DNA of 64,000 nt. It comes from Podarcis pityusensis. Lineage: Eukaryota. Location of the stretch: the NCBI GenBank assembly GCA_964106645.2, contig OZ067038.1; one strand, 5' to 3'. Under the pieces are notes generated by a model. It was not told the DNA's origin. It saw only the letters and a program-made list of their open reading frames with translations, and ran no database searches. How positions within the stretch are numbered: position 1 is the first letter of the stretch; the number at the start of each line of letters is the position of its first letter. Shown one piece after another: positions 37,753 through 52,207 of this stretch. The translations under genes were made by a program, and so were the position numbers.

Positions 37753-40700
37753 TGTGCATTAACAGACTACACATCTTAACATGAACTGCTTTGTCATGCT
37801 TAGCAGGTTTAGTTTGGGCAGCTTTATCATCAGATGAAATGCAACATAGAAGCGCCTCCAACTAATAAAGGAAGTTGAACAAAACGTTTCCTTCATGCTG
37901 GCACCCACTGACAAAGCAAGATACATTGTCAGCCCTCACTTAGTGAAATGTTTGTGTTGCAAAGCAGCTCAAACAAATGCTTTTTTCATTTTCATTTAAG
38001 ATGGCCACCCACTCATGTTTCTCAAAAGCGCAACACACACATTTCATAACAGAACACAAGTACTTTGGACAAACTACCAAGGAAGAAAAGCGGAGCTATT
38101 TATTTTATTATCAAAGAGACAAACCCAATAATATGCAAGATTGCATTTAATGTATCTTGTAAAAAAATAATAATAATAACCAGCATCACAGAGGCATTAT
38201 GACCAATGTGTCTGAGAAAGGGTGTTTAAGCAACAAAAGCAGTTCCATTATCAATGGAAGGCCCTGGACTCCTTCTGCATCCCTCCTGGTGCAAACTACA
38301 GCTGTAGCAGTAATTTTTTGTTGTGACCATAGTGGGGAGACAGCTAACCCCCACCCTGTGTACCACAGACCTGATCACCCCACAGCTATTATTTAAGAGG
38401 AGGGGGTGGGACCTAGACACATTCCATGCAACCACACATTTAATGTATCATTTAGTTCAGCCCTAATTTATTTTGCCAAATAACCAAAATTGGTTGAACT
38501 GAATGCTGGTGCCATCATATCCTCACTACTCGGTTTTTCTTCCTAGTCACAGAACATGAGCAACCATACAACAACATTATGAAATCCTTGGGAAGAAAAT
38601 GGCCATTCAGATTGTACAATCATGCCACCATACTCTCTTCTCCCCATCATATCCCTTTAGAATCTTTGTATGAAATATGATGAACTCACAGGTATCATTA
38701 TCAAATTTATGGTATAAGTTCACTGCATTGCATGATATGTCTCATAGTTGTTTGCCCTGCAGTAGGAAAAATTTGCATAGAGTTTAAATGTACGTGAGGT
38801 CTATACAAACTATAGTTAAAACACTATTACACAGTTATATGTTTTTCTGTATGAAACAGTAAAAAAAATATATCCATTTTTTCTTTTTCTTTAGGGCAAC
38901 ATTTTATTACAATTAAATGAAAGGCTCAGCACCACTACTTCTTTGAAAAGAACCATGCCAAATAATAATAATAATAAAATAAAAGAGTTTTAGGACATTT
39001 AACAGAAAAAGATAAAAGATGCTTATTTCCATAAGGTTATATCAAAATCAAATATGCTTTTTTGATCTTTAAAATGGGAATGGTTTCTCTTTCGTAATTC
39101 TTCCAGCTGTATACACTTTTGGACAAGCACTTTGACAGAGAGAGAAAATTGAAGAGCTTAAAAACAAAACAGTTGCCTTTAGTCTTGCCATTTTAAATTT
39201 ATTTATCTATCTATTTATAAAAAGGAATTCCACTCTCCTCTAGCATTCACCAGTGACCGTCACTGCAGATCCATGCCCCTGGCTCTGAATCAGAACATGC
39301 AGCTCCCCTGAAACCGAAAGGACAGGTGCTTTTACTGACTTTGAAAAGGGGGTAATTGTGAAGGGGAAACACACTTGCATTCCCATTTCCTTTGAGCTTT
39401 AGGGTCATATTCCTTATCAAAGGGAAGCAAGAGCCATCCATACTATGCGACAAATTTTAAAGGGGTGGGAAACATAAAAGTAGGATTGCAGGAGATTAAT
39501 ATACCTAAATTTACTCAAATCAAAAGCTCACATATTTTGGCTAAATTACGTTGTGAAAATTAAGGTGCACATTGGATTAAATGGTGCATTAGACTCGAGT
39601 AAATACAGTAATACACAGCACACCAACTTTACACTGATGGAGGAAGATCCGTACATTCACACATGAATCAAAAGATCAAACCAAACATTTATATTAGAAG
39701 GAAGTTCCCTTGAACATTACTTTTTTAGACTGTTAGCCCTGCTGGGACAGTTATCCTTGTCTATAAAACTACTGCAGGTGCTCTGTGTTTGGAGCAAGAC
39801 AGGTTTAAGTCAAAATAAGACAATGTTTACACTTAAATGAAATACTATAGAGAATATGAGATATGGGCACACAACACAAAACATTATGGAATATAAATAC
39901 CCACTCAAAGCAAGGCAGCAAATCCAGATGTGGGGAAGCTCATACAGATGGCCAAATTAGCACATAAGGATGTTCTGTTACCCCAGGGTTGCTGGCTCAT
40001 CTGTATCATACTGCCAAGTCACAGGAAGATTTTTTTTACCACATATCAGGCTTAGATTTGTGTGGTAAGACGTGTGGCAAAATAATCCATTTGAATTGAG
40101 GTTGCAACCCCAATCCTACTTACCACTGAACTTAATGGGACCAAATAGACATTCACGGGGTTGAACTGGAATGCATTTCCATTTGAGTTACTGAAAGAAT
40201 ACAGTTCATTAATATAATGGGATAGCGTGCTCGTTACACAAGCTATTATATACCTTGGCATCTCCCCCACCCAAAATAAAAATTAAACAAGTTCTAAAGA
40301 TCTGGACACATCCTGTTTAAAGTTCCCTCAACAACCACTGAGGCTGACTGTCTCCTTTCCTACAGATGCCGACCCTGGTTGGTGTCAGTCAGACATAACT
40401 TGGCAGGATTATTTTATAGAGTGTTCCAAGTTATATTACATTTTTAAAAAACCTGCAGCATAGTGTCTATAGTCACCAAAACCTGGTAGGGTAGCTTCAT
40501 TTATTCACTTAATATTTTCACACTCTATATATCTCTATCTACCTGGTAGTATTCAAATAAATAGAAGTGGAACAATTTCCACTTGTGCAATGGAACTTTC
40601 TCCCTCTCCTGCACCCCTGCTATCCTCAGTTCTGCTTTGGAGGGTTGGTGTGAAACCTAGAACAGATTTAAGGAGTATGGGAGGAGGTAGGAAAGTCCCA

Positions 40701-41002
40701 TAGCACAAGCAGAAGTCATTCTGCTCACGTGAAGGGCTCTTTACTGCTACATTGAACACAGCCCACTGCCTTCCACTATGCATACACAAACTTATCCAAA
40801 GAAATATTTTCCTGTAGCATGGAATAGAAGATCCCCAGAAGGAGCCACAGGAAACATCCACATATATACCCTCAGAAGGAGGGCACACACACAAATCTGG
40901 TGACTACATATGGGATATATGTGTGTTTTAAAACCACACTTACTCGGGAAGAATCCAGTTCAATTAGGTAAACTTTCTCAACATTCAAGGGCATTTCTGA
41001 AT

Positions 41003-41011
41003 ATAATAATA

Positions 41012-41050
<39 letters not shown>

Positions 41051-41352
41051 TTATTTATATCCCACCCATCTGGCTGGGTTTCTCCAGCCACTCTGGGCGG
41101 CTTCCAACGGAATATTAAAATACAATAACCTATTAAACATTAAAAGCTTCCCTAAACAGGGCTGCCTTCAGATGTCTTCTAAAAGTCTGGTAGTTGTTTT
41201 TCTCTTTGACATCTGGGTGGAGGGCGTTCCACAGGGTGGGTGCCACTACCGAGAAGGCCCTCTGCCTGGTTCCCTGTAACTTGGCTTCTTGCAGCGAGGG
41301 AACCTCCAGAAGGCCCTCCGTGCTGGACCTCAGTGTCCGGGCAGAAAGATGA
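41003..41352 (-). mobile_element. L2-type LINE 3' end with (ATT)n tail
   Basis: ORF 41133-41360: RAFSVVAPTLWNALHPDVK...FRRHLKAALFREAF (L2 ORF2 C-terminus); (AAT)n at 41003-41050 forms the tail. Confidence 0.88.
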
Positions 41353-41394
41353 AGTAGCATCTAGTTTTGCACTTTGAAAAGGGGTGGGGTGGGG

Positions 41395-41836
41395 GACATG
41401 GCTCCAGTAGAAGAGTGATAGCTCAAACTACTCTATTTGCATGTAAAATATCTCAGGTTCAATCCCTAGCATCTCCAGGTAAGGATAGAAAAAATTCCTG
41501 TTTGAAACCACTGCCAGTCAGCCAGGGGTCAGCAAACTTTTTCAGCAGGGGGCCGATCCACTGTCCCTCAGGCCTTGTGGGGGGCCGGACTATATATTGA
41601 AAAAGAAAAAGTGAACGAATTCCTATGTCCCACAAATAACCCAGAGATGCATTTTAAACAAAAGCACACATTCTACTCATGTAAAAACATGCTGATTCCC
41701 GGACCGTCCGCGGGCCAGATTTAGAAGGCGATAGGGCCGGATCCAGCCCCCGGACCTTAGTTTGCCTACCCATGGTGTAGACAATATTGAGTCAGTTGCA
41801 TCAATGGTCTGATTCATTATAAGGCAGCTTCCCATG
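41395..41836 (+). mobile_element. tRNA/CR1-tail SINE interrupted by a hAT MITE
   Basis: caggttcaatccctagcatctccagg...ccagtcag | insertion | gtgtagacaatattgag...taaggcagcttcc. Confidence 0.7.
41523..41774. mobile_element. hAT (Charlie-like) MITE, 252 bp
   Basis: TIRs caggggtcagcaaac / gtttgcctacccatg; right flank gtgtagac; CpG-rich, so probably young. Confidence 0.85.
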
Positions 41837-44800
41837 GTTCCCTGGGATTTACTACATAGTCAAATGCGAGTTCCAAATTTAATTTTTAAACCTTCAGCTC
41901 ATAAATAACAGTTTATTGTATTATCACATACATACCGTAGTTGTTTGTATCAGAGAAAGCCATAAGCAAAAGGGACAAGTTAGTCCAAGGACATAATGTC
42001 TTTCAGGCTCTATAGCACTTAGCAGGTTAGTGGGCCTCCAAGGCCTAACAGATTTAACCAAGACTTTTCACACAATCAGGTAAAGAACGCTCAGCCAGTC
42101 AGTAGATGTCCCATTCAGATAACAAAGAGAATATTTTAGTGACAATGTGAGAAAATAACAGTAAAAATGGTTTAAAAACCCACTCAACCATGTTGCCTTT
42201 TTTTTGCGCTCAAGAACCTTCCCTGCAAGTTTCATCATGACATTCACTGTGGTCTTCCTGCAGCAAATGTGAAGGCAGATGTACATTTTTGTCAGTGATT
42301 CTGATAAGACAAACCTAGATATCTGTTTGACAGGATAAATAAAAACCAATGCAAATACTGTAATATGTATTAATACACCAGTCTTTCTTCTTCTTCACTC
42401 ATATACACAAATACACAAAAAAGATGATTGCTTTTTGTTGTGCTGTTCATGTAGAACTACCAAGCATGTTTTCTGAACTTTTCAGTTTTAAAATTTAAGT
42501 ATTTCATGCATTCAAATTTATTGCATTAGGAATCTGAAAGAAACCACAAATGAGAAATGGTTATTATTATTCTGGCTAGTCTTCAATGACTGTGCTCCAT
42601 TCCACACCACTGAAAGGGGTGAAAGTTCTCCACTGTGAGCAAATCTGGTTTTATACTTTGTTAGGTCACTTCAGTTCCTTGGAGTGGCCCTTCTTACAAG
42701 TCCATTAACTTAGGTTAAATATGTTCAGCTGAGCAAACCATAATAATGATGGTGCAACAACCCTAGAAGATTGTCTAAAGAAATGAATTTGGCGTGTGGT
42801 TTCGAATTTGATAAAGGAAGCCATGACTCCACTGCTCAGTTTCCTCCCTCTCTTTTTTCTCTGGTGCCAAATAATTCTTTTTTCATTTATCTTCAGCTGC
42901 ATTTTCATTTGCATTGAAAACTATGAATGGAATAGTTTCCAAACATGACAAACATTGAAGTACAGTATAGTATGATCACTGTATGAGTTTGTTGAAGCCT
43001 GTGCATAAACTGTCTAACCTTTTTACCATCCATATGCAACAAATGTGTTATTAAAACATCTTGAAAACAAGCTGGCAATTACTACCACACTTCTGCATAT
43101 ATCTCTAGCTCTCTAGCAGAATACAGATTTCAAACTCTGAGTGATTCTCCTTGCTGAATTACCAACTTACTGTTTCTGTTTGGATTTCAAAAAAACAACA
43201 TCCACCACTATCATCCTTCTTCCTCATGTGTTATCCTAGAGATACTGCTATAACTGAATCAAAATAAGTACATGCTAAATTACAATTTCAACATTCATCT
43301 GAGTTTATAGCTTCTATTACTACATTCAAGAACTGTGCAATATGCAAATCCAGAATAAAACTGGTTTAGGTAAATTAAACTAAATGCTAACTGGGATATA
43401 CCTTGTATATGCTTGACAAAGGCGTTCAGGGGAGGTGGGTCAGATTACAAGCTCCTCAGGGCAGAAACCTATCTTCTTTTTCTAATGCTACTCAATAAAG
43501 TACCAAGCATGACACTATATAATAATAAAGGACAATAATCAGACTGTTGGCTGCACACAAGATCCAAATGACTGAGACAAGCCACAGTTCACATGGCTTC
43601 CCCTAACTATGCCAAGTTAGGAAAAGTCTGTTCCCTTTGTCAGTGAAGTCCCCTAACCAGCCATTATTATGTGGAAAACTGGACACAGAACAGCACATAC
43701 TTTCTCAGATCAAAAAGCACACATGGCCACCTAGCAGAATTGGGTTGCCTACTCTGCATCTGCATAAATGTACTTAATATGTTGCAGGCAGGGCAGTGGA
43801 GGGAACTAATGGGGCAGAAGTATGAATAACCGCTGCTAACTGTGCAACTTGGGTTCTTGTGCTGGGTCCTAGCACTAGCACAACATCATTTATACACAAA
43901 GCAGCAACTATCAGTTGCTTCTTGTAAAAACTTATCTTTTTGTCCTTTCCTTACTCATAAGACTGGACCCTGCCTTATGTATTTGAAGTCCAAGAATCTG
44001 TTTTATTTGCTTTTGTATGCTTTTACATAGCGAGAAACAGTAGTAGTAGGTCTATGGTTATTATTTGTAGCATAGGCTAGATAGCAAACCAGGCTCCATC
44101 CAAAAGCCCTGCAGAATGAATGGTCTATGTAACTCAGAAAAGAAGGGAGAGAAAACTCCATCTGACATCATCATTATTTAGCTTGTGGGAAAGATCAGGC
44201 AGGATCTTTAGGCAGGATCTGAAAATTTATTGTACATTTTCACAGTCAAGCTTTTTTTAGTACATATCAGTTTACATTTACCTTACCACTGTAACCCCAC
44301 TTTCCAAAGGATGGGTGTTGGGTGGGGAGGAGTCATGGCGTAGGCATATTGCCCTTGCAGCATGGAAAGGAAAGGTTTTTGCAGCTATTCTCCCAGGGCA
44401 ATATGTGAACCCCCTTCAGCTATTTTTATTTAAGGTATCAATTTTTGACACGGAGGGCACTGTCAAGCCACTAAATCCCTGTGACTGTGGTATGAAGATC
44501 AGAGAGGACTGTACCACATCAATCTGAGAAGTCTAGCTAGGCCCTCATGTCAGGATGGGGGAGATATAGCAGTGGTAGACTTTGCTTTCGAATTCTGCCA
44601 CACAGGCCTCCTCTTGCCTGTGTCTTAAAATGATTGCAGTTTGATATGCTAGGGTCCCCTATCCTTTTGTATGTACCTCTCAAACTTTAGGAGCATACAT
44701 CCATTTTAAGGCACTGTTATTTCCTTACTCATTTGGCTCCCATCTTCCTTTGCTTGTGTTTTGCTCTCTGCTGTGGGCTTCATCCACAGCTGCTGACCCC

Positions 44801-47284
44801 AGCATATGCCTACTTAATCATGGTAATTGCCTCATCCCAGGAAACGATGCCAGGCAAGTTTACCAAGTGATGAGCTTGATACCGATCACCTCAACTAATT
44901 GTGTGAATTGGCCTCACACATCAGCAATTTGGGCTGGAGAAAATGCTGTCAATCATTTGTACATTAAAAAGATGGTAAATTCATAAATAAGGCCCAAAAT
45001 ATCAGAAAATAGCAGCATCCTCCCCTGTCAGCAGTTTAATCCTACCTGCACCCTCCCCTCCACAAGTTCCAGCTGATTAAATTCATACTGTAGCAGACTG
45101 TCTACTTCCTGGCAGCTCCTGTGTATGTATATCTATATATATTACCTGTTTCGTTTTCTGTTTTTCCCTTCAGAACATAAATAAATCTTAACCTCCCTTG
45201 AGTGACAGCAAGAAATAACAATATTTAATTAACATCTCTTCATTTGTAGCAGATCTTAACAGACTCCACCCAGTTAATAAAGCTCTGCAAAAGTATCCCT
45301 CCAATGTTTTGAAAAAAGCTTTTAAAGAAAAGCTCAGAACACTGTGTTCTTAATTCAAAAGCACATGCCGAATTAATTATGGTCTTATGCTTTGACCAAA
45401 AGTAGGATTTGTGGGATTTTCTCTTCCTTAAGTCAAAGGATTCAAATGTAATTTATGAATGATACTGAAATAATGTTTGAATTAGTTGCTAACATGCTGT
45501 TACCTTGGAGTGCTCAAATGTGTTTTTAACAGTATAGTCCTAAGCATACTTACTCAGAAGTAAGCCCCACTGAGTTCAACTGTACTTACCATTCTCAAGT
45601 AGATATGTTTAGGACTGTAGTCTACAACAATCTGATTGATACACCAGACATTTAAAAAAAAAAAACTGACTTCAAAACAATAGAAGCTGCATTAAGTAGA
45701 AATATTTCCTATTATCCCTACCTGTATTTAGATTATCACTCTTGATCACACAACCTATCCTGAAGCTTTATAACAGTGTGTATTTGAATACTGAAGAAAC
45801 ACTTGCTGCTAAACAAATACCATGAGGCTGAATCCCTAATAGTCACTTATTTTGACATTAGGGAGTTTTTCTTACTTCTTCGTTTATAAGATTTCCTGTA
45901 GACATTAGCAACATTTTTAAGCTAGTGAAGTACCGTAGTTTATCTTGTTCAAAAATGCACTTCTCCCCTGCAGTAGAGAAAGCACACATGCAGCTGCTTT
46001 TGCGCAGTTGTCCATTCAAGGTCTCTTGCATTCAAGATTACCACATATATGATAACTGAAGGCATTTGCCATTCAGATGTTTCACCATTATATGTGCATG
46101 ATTTTCACTTTCTAGTAGGTTGATCTTAGCTCGCAAATTATATCATCACTACTGTAGATGTCCTTTCCAATTACCAATGATCCAATTTCAAAATATTTGC
46201 ATTGTAATGAAAGCAAATACTACCATAATTGCATCTACAATTAACACTGAAGATATTTTAATGATATCCCCCAGACAGAGGGGAGTTCTAAGTTGCCAGT
46301 GGATTCTCTGCCACTGAAAACCTCTGCTAATACAATTGAATACCTTGCTAATACCACTGGGGAAAGACTGTTTACTGTTTTAGCACAAAAATACACCTCA
46401 GAAAATAAAAGAAAACAGAGCAAATAATGTTTAACTTAAATGTACAGCATTTGCAAACATTATATTCTGTGAAGAGATGCATGTTGATATGTCTACATAT
46501 GAATTTACGTTCTGATGACTGCAATGACAGTCCAGTAAAAAGTCACCTTTTTTGAGTATAAAAACCTGAAATTCTGAAATATTTTTGGAGACTATAAAAA
46601 CATTAACTTTAAGAAAAATAGCCGCTCCAACTCCCACCCCCTTTTGGCACCTGATTTAGCATGTGAGGTCTGGTGGATTGTCAAACATCTTGCACTTCTT
46701 TTATCCACTTATTCCTAAATACATTAGAGTCTTTATCATGAAAAGGTTGTTGACCCCTCCAGAAATATATTTTTTGTGGAGTAGATTGTCAGTTTAACAG
46801 GAAACCTGGTTTAGTTTCCCTAATTGAAGAGTAAAAGTGATGAGAGCTTGGGTAGGGAATTCCCATCATAGTCACTGACCATTGTCATGCTGAGAGGAGA
46901 AAGAGCTTAACAACAGCTGGAAAGCCACAGAGGTTCCCCATTCTTGGCTTTGTTGAACCACAATGCCAAGTTCTCCCCTCCCCTAGGGGTCAAACTAGTT
47001 TCAATGTGGAATCCCGCTATCTAGAGTTCTCCATATATTAGTCCGTCCCCCCCGGAATAAACCAGCAATGGGGAGGGGTGCAATTTGGATGCAGGCTGTG
47101 ACATGGGGGGGTTGCAGTCTAACCCTTTGCCACCCTGCCAAGAGCTGAAGCCCATACTTTCCCCCCTCTGGTGTAAGTTTGGGAAGTGATATTTATCAGA
47201 GCAGTGGAAAAGAGCCAAAGTACTACACACCATGAAGGTGGAGGAGTGCCTTTCATTGCATGGCTTTTTTTTAGCACTAGCTTC

Positions 47285-47375
47285 ATGGCAACCTATCAGG
47301 AATGCTGAAATGTTGTATTTCCTGCAGAGGGTGGACTAGATGAACTTTCAGGTCACTTCCATCTCTATAATTCTA
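47285..47375 (+). mobile_element. CR1 3'-terminal fragment
   Basis: ggactagatga..tcaggtcacttccatctctataattcta resembles the CR1 end at 10650-10705. Confidence 0.6.
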
Positions 47376-47654
47376 ATCCAAATTATGTTTTCCCCCTTCC
47401 TCACAACTATTTTCTGAGAAAGAAAAAGATGTCAGAAACTCCAAACATGGAGCTGATCATGAGTCTTAGTCATGTCAAATCAGAAATATGCACTTGCTCT
47501 AAGACCAAATGGCAAAATACTACATTTTGTTACTTTCCTGCAGCTGAGTTGATAGGAAAAGAGATACAAGTCTGAGAGCATAGATATGTTAAAGGGAATG
47601 CAAAGTGAGTGGTTAATGTACACAACAACTGGCCAGTGTGCACATTTAATTTCA

Positions 47655-47657
<3 letters not shown>

Positions 47658-47699
<42 letters not shown>
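47658..47699. repeat. (TA)n microsatellite
   Basis: Read directly. Confidence 0.95.
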
Positions 47700-47701
<2 letters not shown>

Positions 47702-50181
47702 CTGCTATATCAGAAACCATCAACTGACTGTTATGGAAAGATGTAGTCTTAATTGCCTGCATAAACTTGGCTGAATGGGAATGTTTAAAGGCTGAAACAG
47801 AAGGAGCCAGTTAGTTGCAGAGCCCCCAAGGCTCCGTGCCCAGTGTAACCAAACTGGTTGCGCTCCCCTAAATCCACCTCTGCAGTTATACCCCCTCCCC
47901 CCCCCACCGAAGGAATAAGTTTGTAGTATGGGGCTGTTTCTAGAACAATCATTATCTCTTGAGGTTTGGGAAACCTGAGTGGTGTCTTCTGGTAAACTAC
48001 TTAAATTTCTTCCAAGCCACTTAGAAGTTTTGTTATAATTAAGTGGTATATAAATTTTGTTGATTCATCAACTAAGGCTTGTGATCATTTTTGTTAATTA
48101 ATTAAATAATTTACTTAATGCATATTAAAAGGAATCCTCCATGTCTTAGCTATAGCATCATATCCCCTAGGTACTCCATCCATACTTTTTTTTAATGAAA
48201 CCAACACACTGCATTCCTATGCTAATTGCTAAACTTGAGAGAAAGAAAGAATAAAAAAAAGCTAAACAATGGTAGTAACTTTATGTAATTTCCTATTAAC
48301 CTCAGCACATTTAATTACCAGAATATAAAATGTATTAGAAATACTATAGACTAGCTATAGGTAGAAGACAGAACATGCACAGAGATTGTGTTTCTATGTG
48401 TGTGTTATATAAAGCATTTCAGGGGGCAGGAAATTCTAGTAGACCTTGGGTTGTCTTTTATTCTTGAGTGCACAAAACAGAAGAATTGTTATTTATCTTA
48501 GAATATTTGAGAAGGTGACCCTATCTCCCACTCAATAATCTCACTCCTATGCTTGAATAGATCAAGAAAGGGAAAAAAGTTTATTGATTATTCAGCCACT
48601 GATGTCTTTTGGCCAAACCCAGAAAAATGTTTGCCATAGAATAATCTACAATGAACTCAAGAGAAGTAACAAAGAAGCCCTCATTAATCTACTAAAGGAG
48701 GACATTACTTTCTTTCAAGAACAGCAAAAACTTCAGTTTCCTGTACTGGCTCCTTCTGGAAAACAAGTCTTTTGACACAGATGCAATCTTACTGCTTGTT
48801 GCATTTTGCTTTTTCTAAGATAATTTACCGGTACTGCCTGGCCTACTGTGTGACAGCTTTTGCACTCTTAATTGTAGTGAAATCCCACCAACACAAGTGG
48901 AATGCTGGCATATACTTGCAAATAAAATGCATTGATAAAACACATCTAATACATGCAATATGGTCTATGAGGAGCCCCACCACTAGCACATCATAAAACC
49001 AGCTTTATTAAAAAGTAGACAGGTGAGCTTTGTTATCAAGTAGAATAATCTACTCCCTTTGTCTTTACAGGATGGTACTTTACCTCTTCTGACAGAAGAC
49101 TTGTATATCTCTGAAATACCTACAAGAGAAAAGCTAGAGGTATGCAGTGATGGTATAAAATGTAGCAGAGCAACAAAGCTATCTCTATAGTTAAAGTATC
49201 CATAATGATTTGTGTGCTGCTGTTATTATTTACTAGATGAGAGCTTGAAACTAGTGTACAATACTGAACAAAATGCTTTCCCACCTTTTATACGTGCTTT
49301 AAAAAACAAAACACAACCTCTAACCAATATGCAATTTCACAGGGTGGGCAACTGTTCTGACATATATTTTTGCTGTTCACTTGTCTTGAACCTAACCCTA
49401 ACACATAAGCTAAAAGCTGACAGGCACTGCTTCAGCAAACGACAACTTTTAATAAACCTTGATAAGCTTGTAGAAAATAAACTGACTTCATCTACAGTCC
49501 TTTATGAGATGAACAGTACATCCTGAACTGCAGAAGTTAAATTAGTATTTGCTGTGTATGTTATGTTTGAAATCCATCTAGTTCTTGGCACACACCCTAT
49601 GGCAAAGGTCAGAGTAAAGACAGAAGAACGCTATGGCACCCCCTAACACAGATGATCTGAGACTGACTAGTCAAGGCACTATATATGTTGACTAAAGTAC
49701 AACCTTAAGGCTATCCAAGTGGTTTCTTTTTACTGTGAGGATGCACCACTGTCAATCATTATAAGCTGCATAAATGCCTAGGGAAGACAAGATTATGTCC
49801 TTCCATGTCAAAAAAGAACATTAGTTTTATGAATGAATCCTACCGTAAATATCCATGTTTCACAGGCCAGAAAATTCATGGTGTCTACCATCAGAGCAAA
49901 TAAGCTATTACTCCACTGGCTGTCTTGAACAGTTATTTTTTATATATTTATATAATCTGGGGAAGAAATCATTGTGACATCTTCTCTTCCTTAGTAGATT
50001 CGTTGAAGCAACAGCAAGGGGTGTAAGCTTCAGTGATAACAAACGTGTTAAAGGCAGAGTCAAGGTGAGAAATTGACCCTAGCTTTGAAAACTGTGCATT
50101 CATTTGTGCTAGCAGAATGGGTTGTGGTAAAACACTGCAGGGACCACCTGGAATAGTTTTAATACAGTCTAGACTCTAGAG

Positions 50182-50290
50182 CATCCTTGCTCAACACTGG
50201 GTCTCCGTATGCTGTTGAAGTACAACTCCCACCACACCTAGTTAGCAGGACCAGTGATCAAGAGCGAAGGGAGTTGTAGTCCCAAGTCTG
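50182..50290. mobile_element. Short hAT-like element with 8-bp TSD
   Basis: Flanks ctctagag / gtctagag (7/8); internal tacaactccc...gggagttgtagt hairpin. Confidence 0.65.
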
Positions 50291-50911
50291 GTCTAGAGTG
50301 ACAATATGATGATTTTAACTTTGATATTTTATTTGCTTTTGATTGTTTATTTTGTTGTTTATCTCCAACTTTGATCAGGTGTACTATATCCATATTCATT
50401 ATGCATGCCTTCTAACACATTGCATTGTTTTATCTTTTTATAGTGTAACCTGCCAGGCAGGATAGAAATGTAACATACAAGCATCCCCAAACACCTTCAG
50501 CTACTGGCCCAACATCTTCTCACTCAGAGAACAGCTAAGACTGTGAAAGGTCAGGGCTAGAACTGAGTAGTCCTTTACATAACTTTACTTGAAGGTGAAA
50601 ACAATATTTGTGAATCATTCATCATGGACAAACAAGTGAAACAACTGAGTGAAGAAAACTTAATGTGAACTCAAGGCTTCTGCAGTAACAGCTGCAGTCA
50701 TTTACACAGTTGCAAAGATGAATAAATATACAGCTGTGATATTGAGAAAGGCTGTCCCCATGTAAAATACTGTTATGAGTTTAGGGTGTTAAACTGGGTG
50801 CTAGATCCCTCTAATCCCTGGATCCAGCAAGTATAAAAAGCTAATCAAGCCAGACTAGCTTTCTGAACCCCATGATCAAGTAAATGTTAACAAATAAACC
50901 AGGCTAGCTAC

Positions 50912-51270
50912 CTGATGAAGTGATCACCTGGTTGAAGAACATTAAAGGAAACAAAGGAAATGGAGGCTCTGTGCAAGATGTCAAATATGTGCCCTTCTTC
51001 AACTCTGAAATAGTTGGAAGGACAAAGCCCAAGTTTAGAGATGAGTTGAAGTGATGTGGGCCAGAAGCAAAACTGGAAGCTGGAAAGCCAGAGATGCAAA
51101 GCAATGGTTGATTTCTGTTTGAATCCAAGGTTGCAGCTATGGGAGAAACATTGCCAAAAGGAAATATGAACCCTGGGTAAGCGCATGGAACCCTTGGAAT
51201 CTTGCACTGCTCAGAGATTGGGGTGGCGCACAACAATACTAAAGTTTCTGCATATGCTCTTGTTTTGTAT
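50912..51270 (-). other. Candidate 359-nt exon of an unidentified host gene
   Basis: ttgtgtgttcag| acceptor and CAG|GTAGCT donor; 119 stop-free codons (ORF 50904-51278); no repeat signature; protein not recognised. Confidence 0.35.
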
Positions 51271-51867
51271 CTGAACACACAACCACAAACAAAAATATAA
51301 ACACCCCAAGTAGCATATTCATATTAAAAACTTGATACAAATGTAATTTTTTAAAAGGCTAGTTTGGAACCAGATTTTATAAATTACTGGGGAGTATTTG
51401 ACCTGAATGCCAGTGGGTATCCAAGTTCATTCAAAGCAATAGTGGCCAAATTTTTCCTCCCTGGTTAAATGTCATCAAAACCTGCTAAGTACAAAATGCT
51501 ATTTTAGTTTGCATTCAGGGCCTTGCAGTACCCACCTCATTCTAATGTGCCAATATTGTCCATCCCATTTCAAAAAGCATACCACTGTACACCGCTGTTC
51601 ATCTATATGTTGCAACATAAGCACAAAAGCATTACAGGAGGAGAGAAACATTGTGCTAACAGGGCTTTAGTATTGATGAATAAAAAATGTAACCCCCAGG
51701 CTAAGCTGCCAAATAAGTAGCGAATTAATTTCTGTAAAGTACTCTAACATTACAAAGGTGTGTTGAAAGGTGTCTGCTCATGTTTCAAATTAAACGCACT
51801 GCTGGTCAGCTTTAGCACCTCAGCTTTGAACAGCAGCCATTTGCCTATAACACTTCAGGGGTTGGGA

Positions 51868-52207
51868 NNNNNNNNNNNNNNNNNNNNNNNNNNNNNNNNN
51901 NNNNNNNNNNNNNNNNNNNNNNNNNNNNNNNNNNNNNNNNNNNNNNNNNNNNNNNNNNNNNNNNNNNNNNNNNNNNNNNNNNNNNNNNNNNNNNNNNNNN
52001 NNNNNNNNNNNNNNNNNNNNNNNNNNNNNNNNNNNNNNNNNNNNNNNNNNNNNNNNNNNNNNNNNNNNNNNNNNNNNNNNNNNNNNNNNNNNNNNNNNNN
52101 NNNNNNNNNNNNNNNNNNNNNNNNNNNNNNNNNNNNNNNNNNNNNNNNNNNNNNNNNNNNNNNNNNNNNNNNNNNNNNNNNNNNNNNNNNNNNNNNNNNN
52201 NNNNNNN
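51868..52207. other. Assembly gap (N run)
   Basis: Run of N. Confidence 1.

Noticed and set aside
50912-51270. Naming the host gene
   Set aside because: No peptide or UTR could be matched with confidence from memory, so no symbol is assigned.
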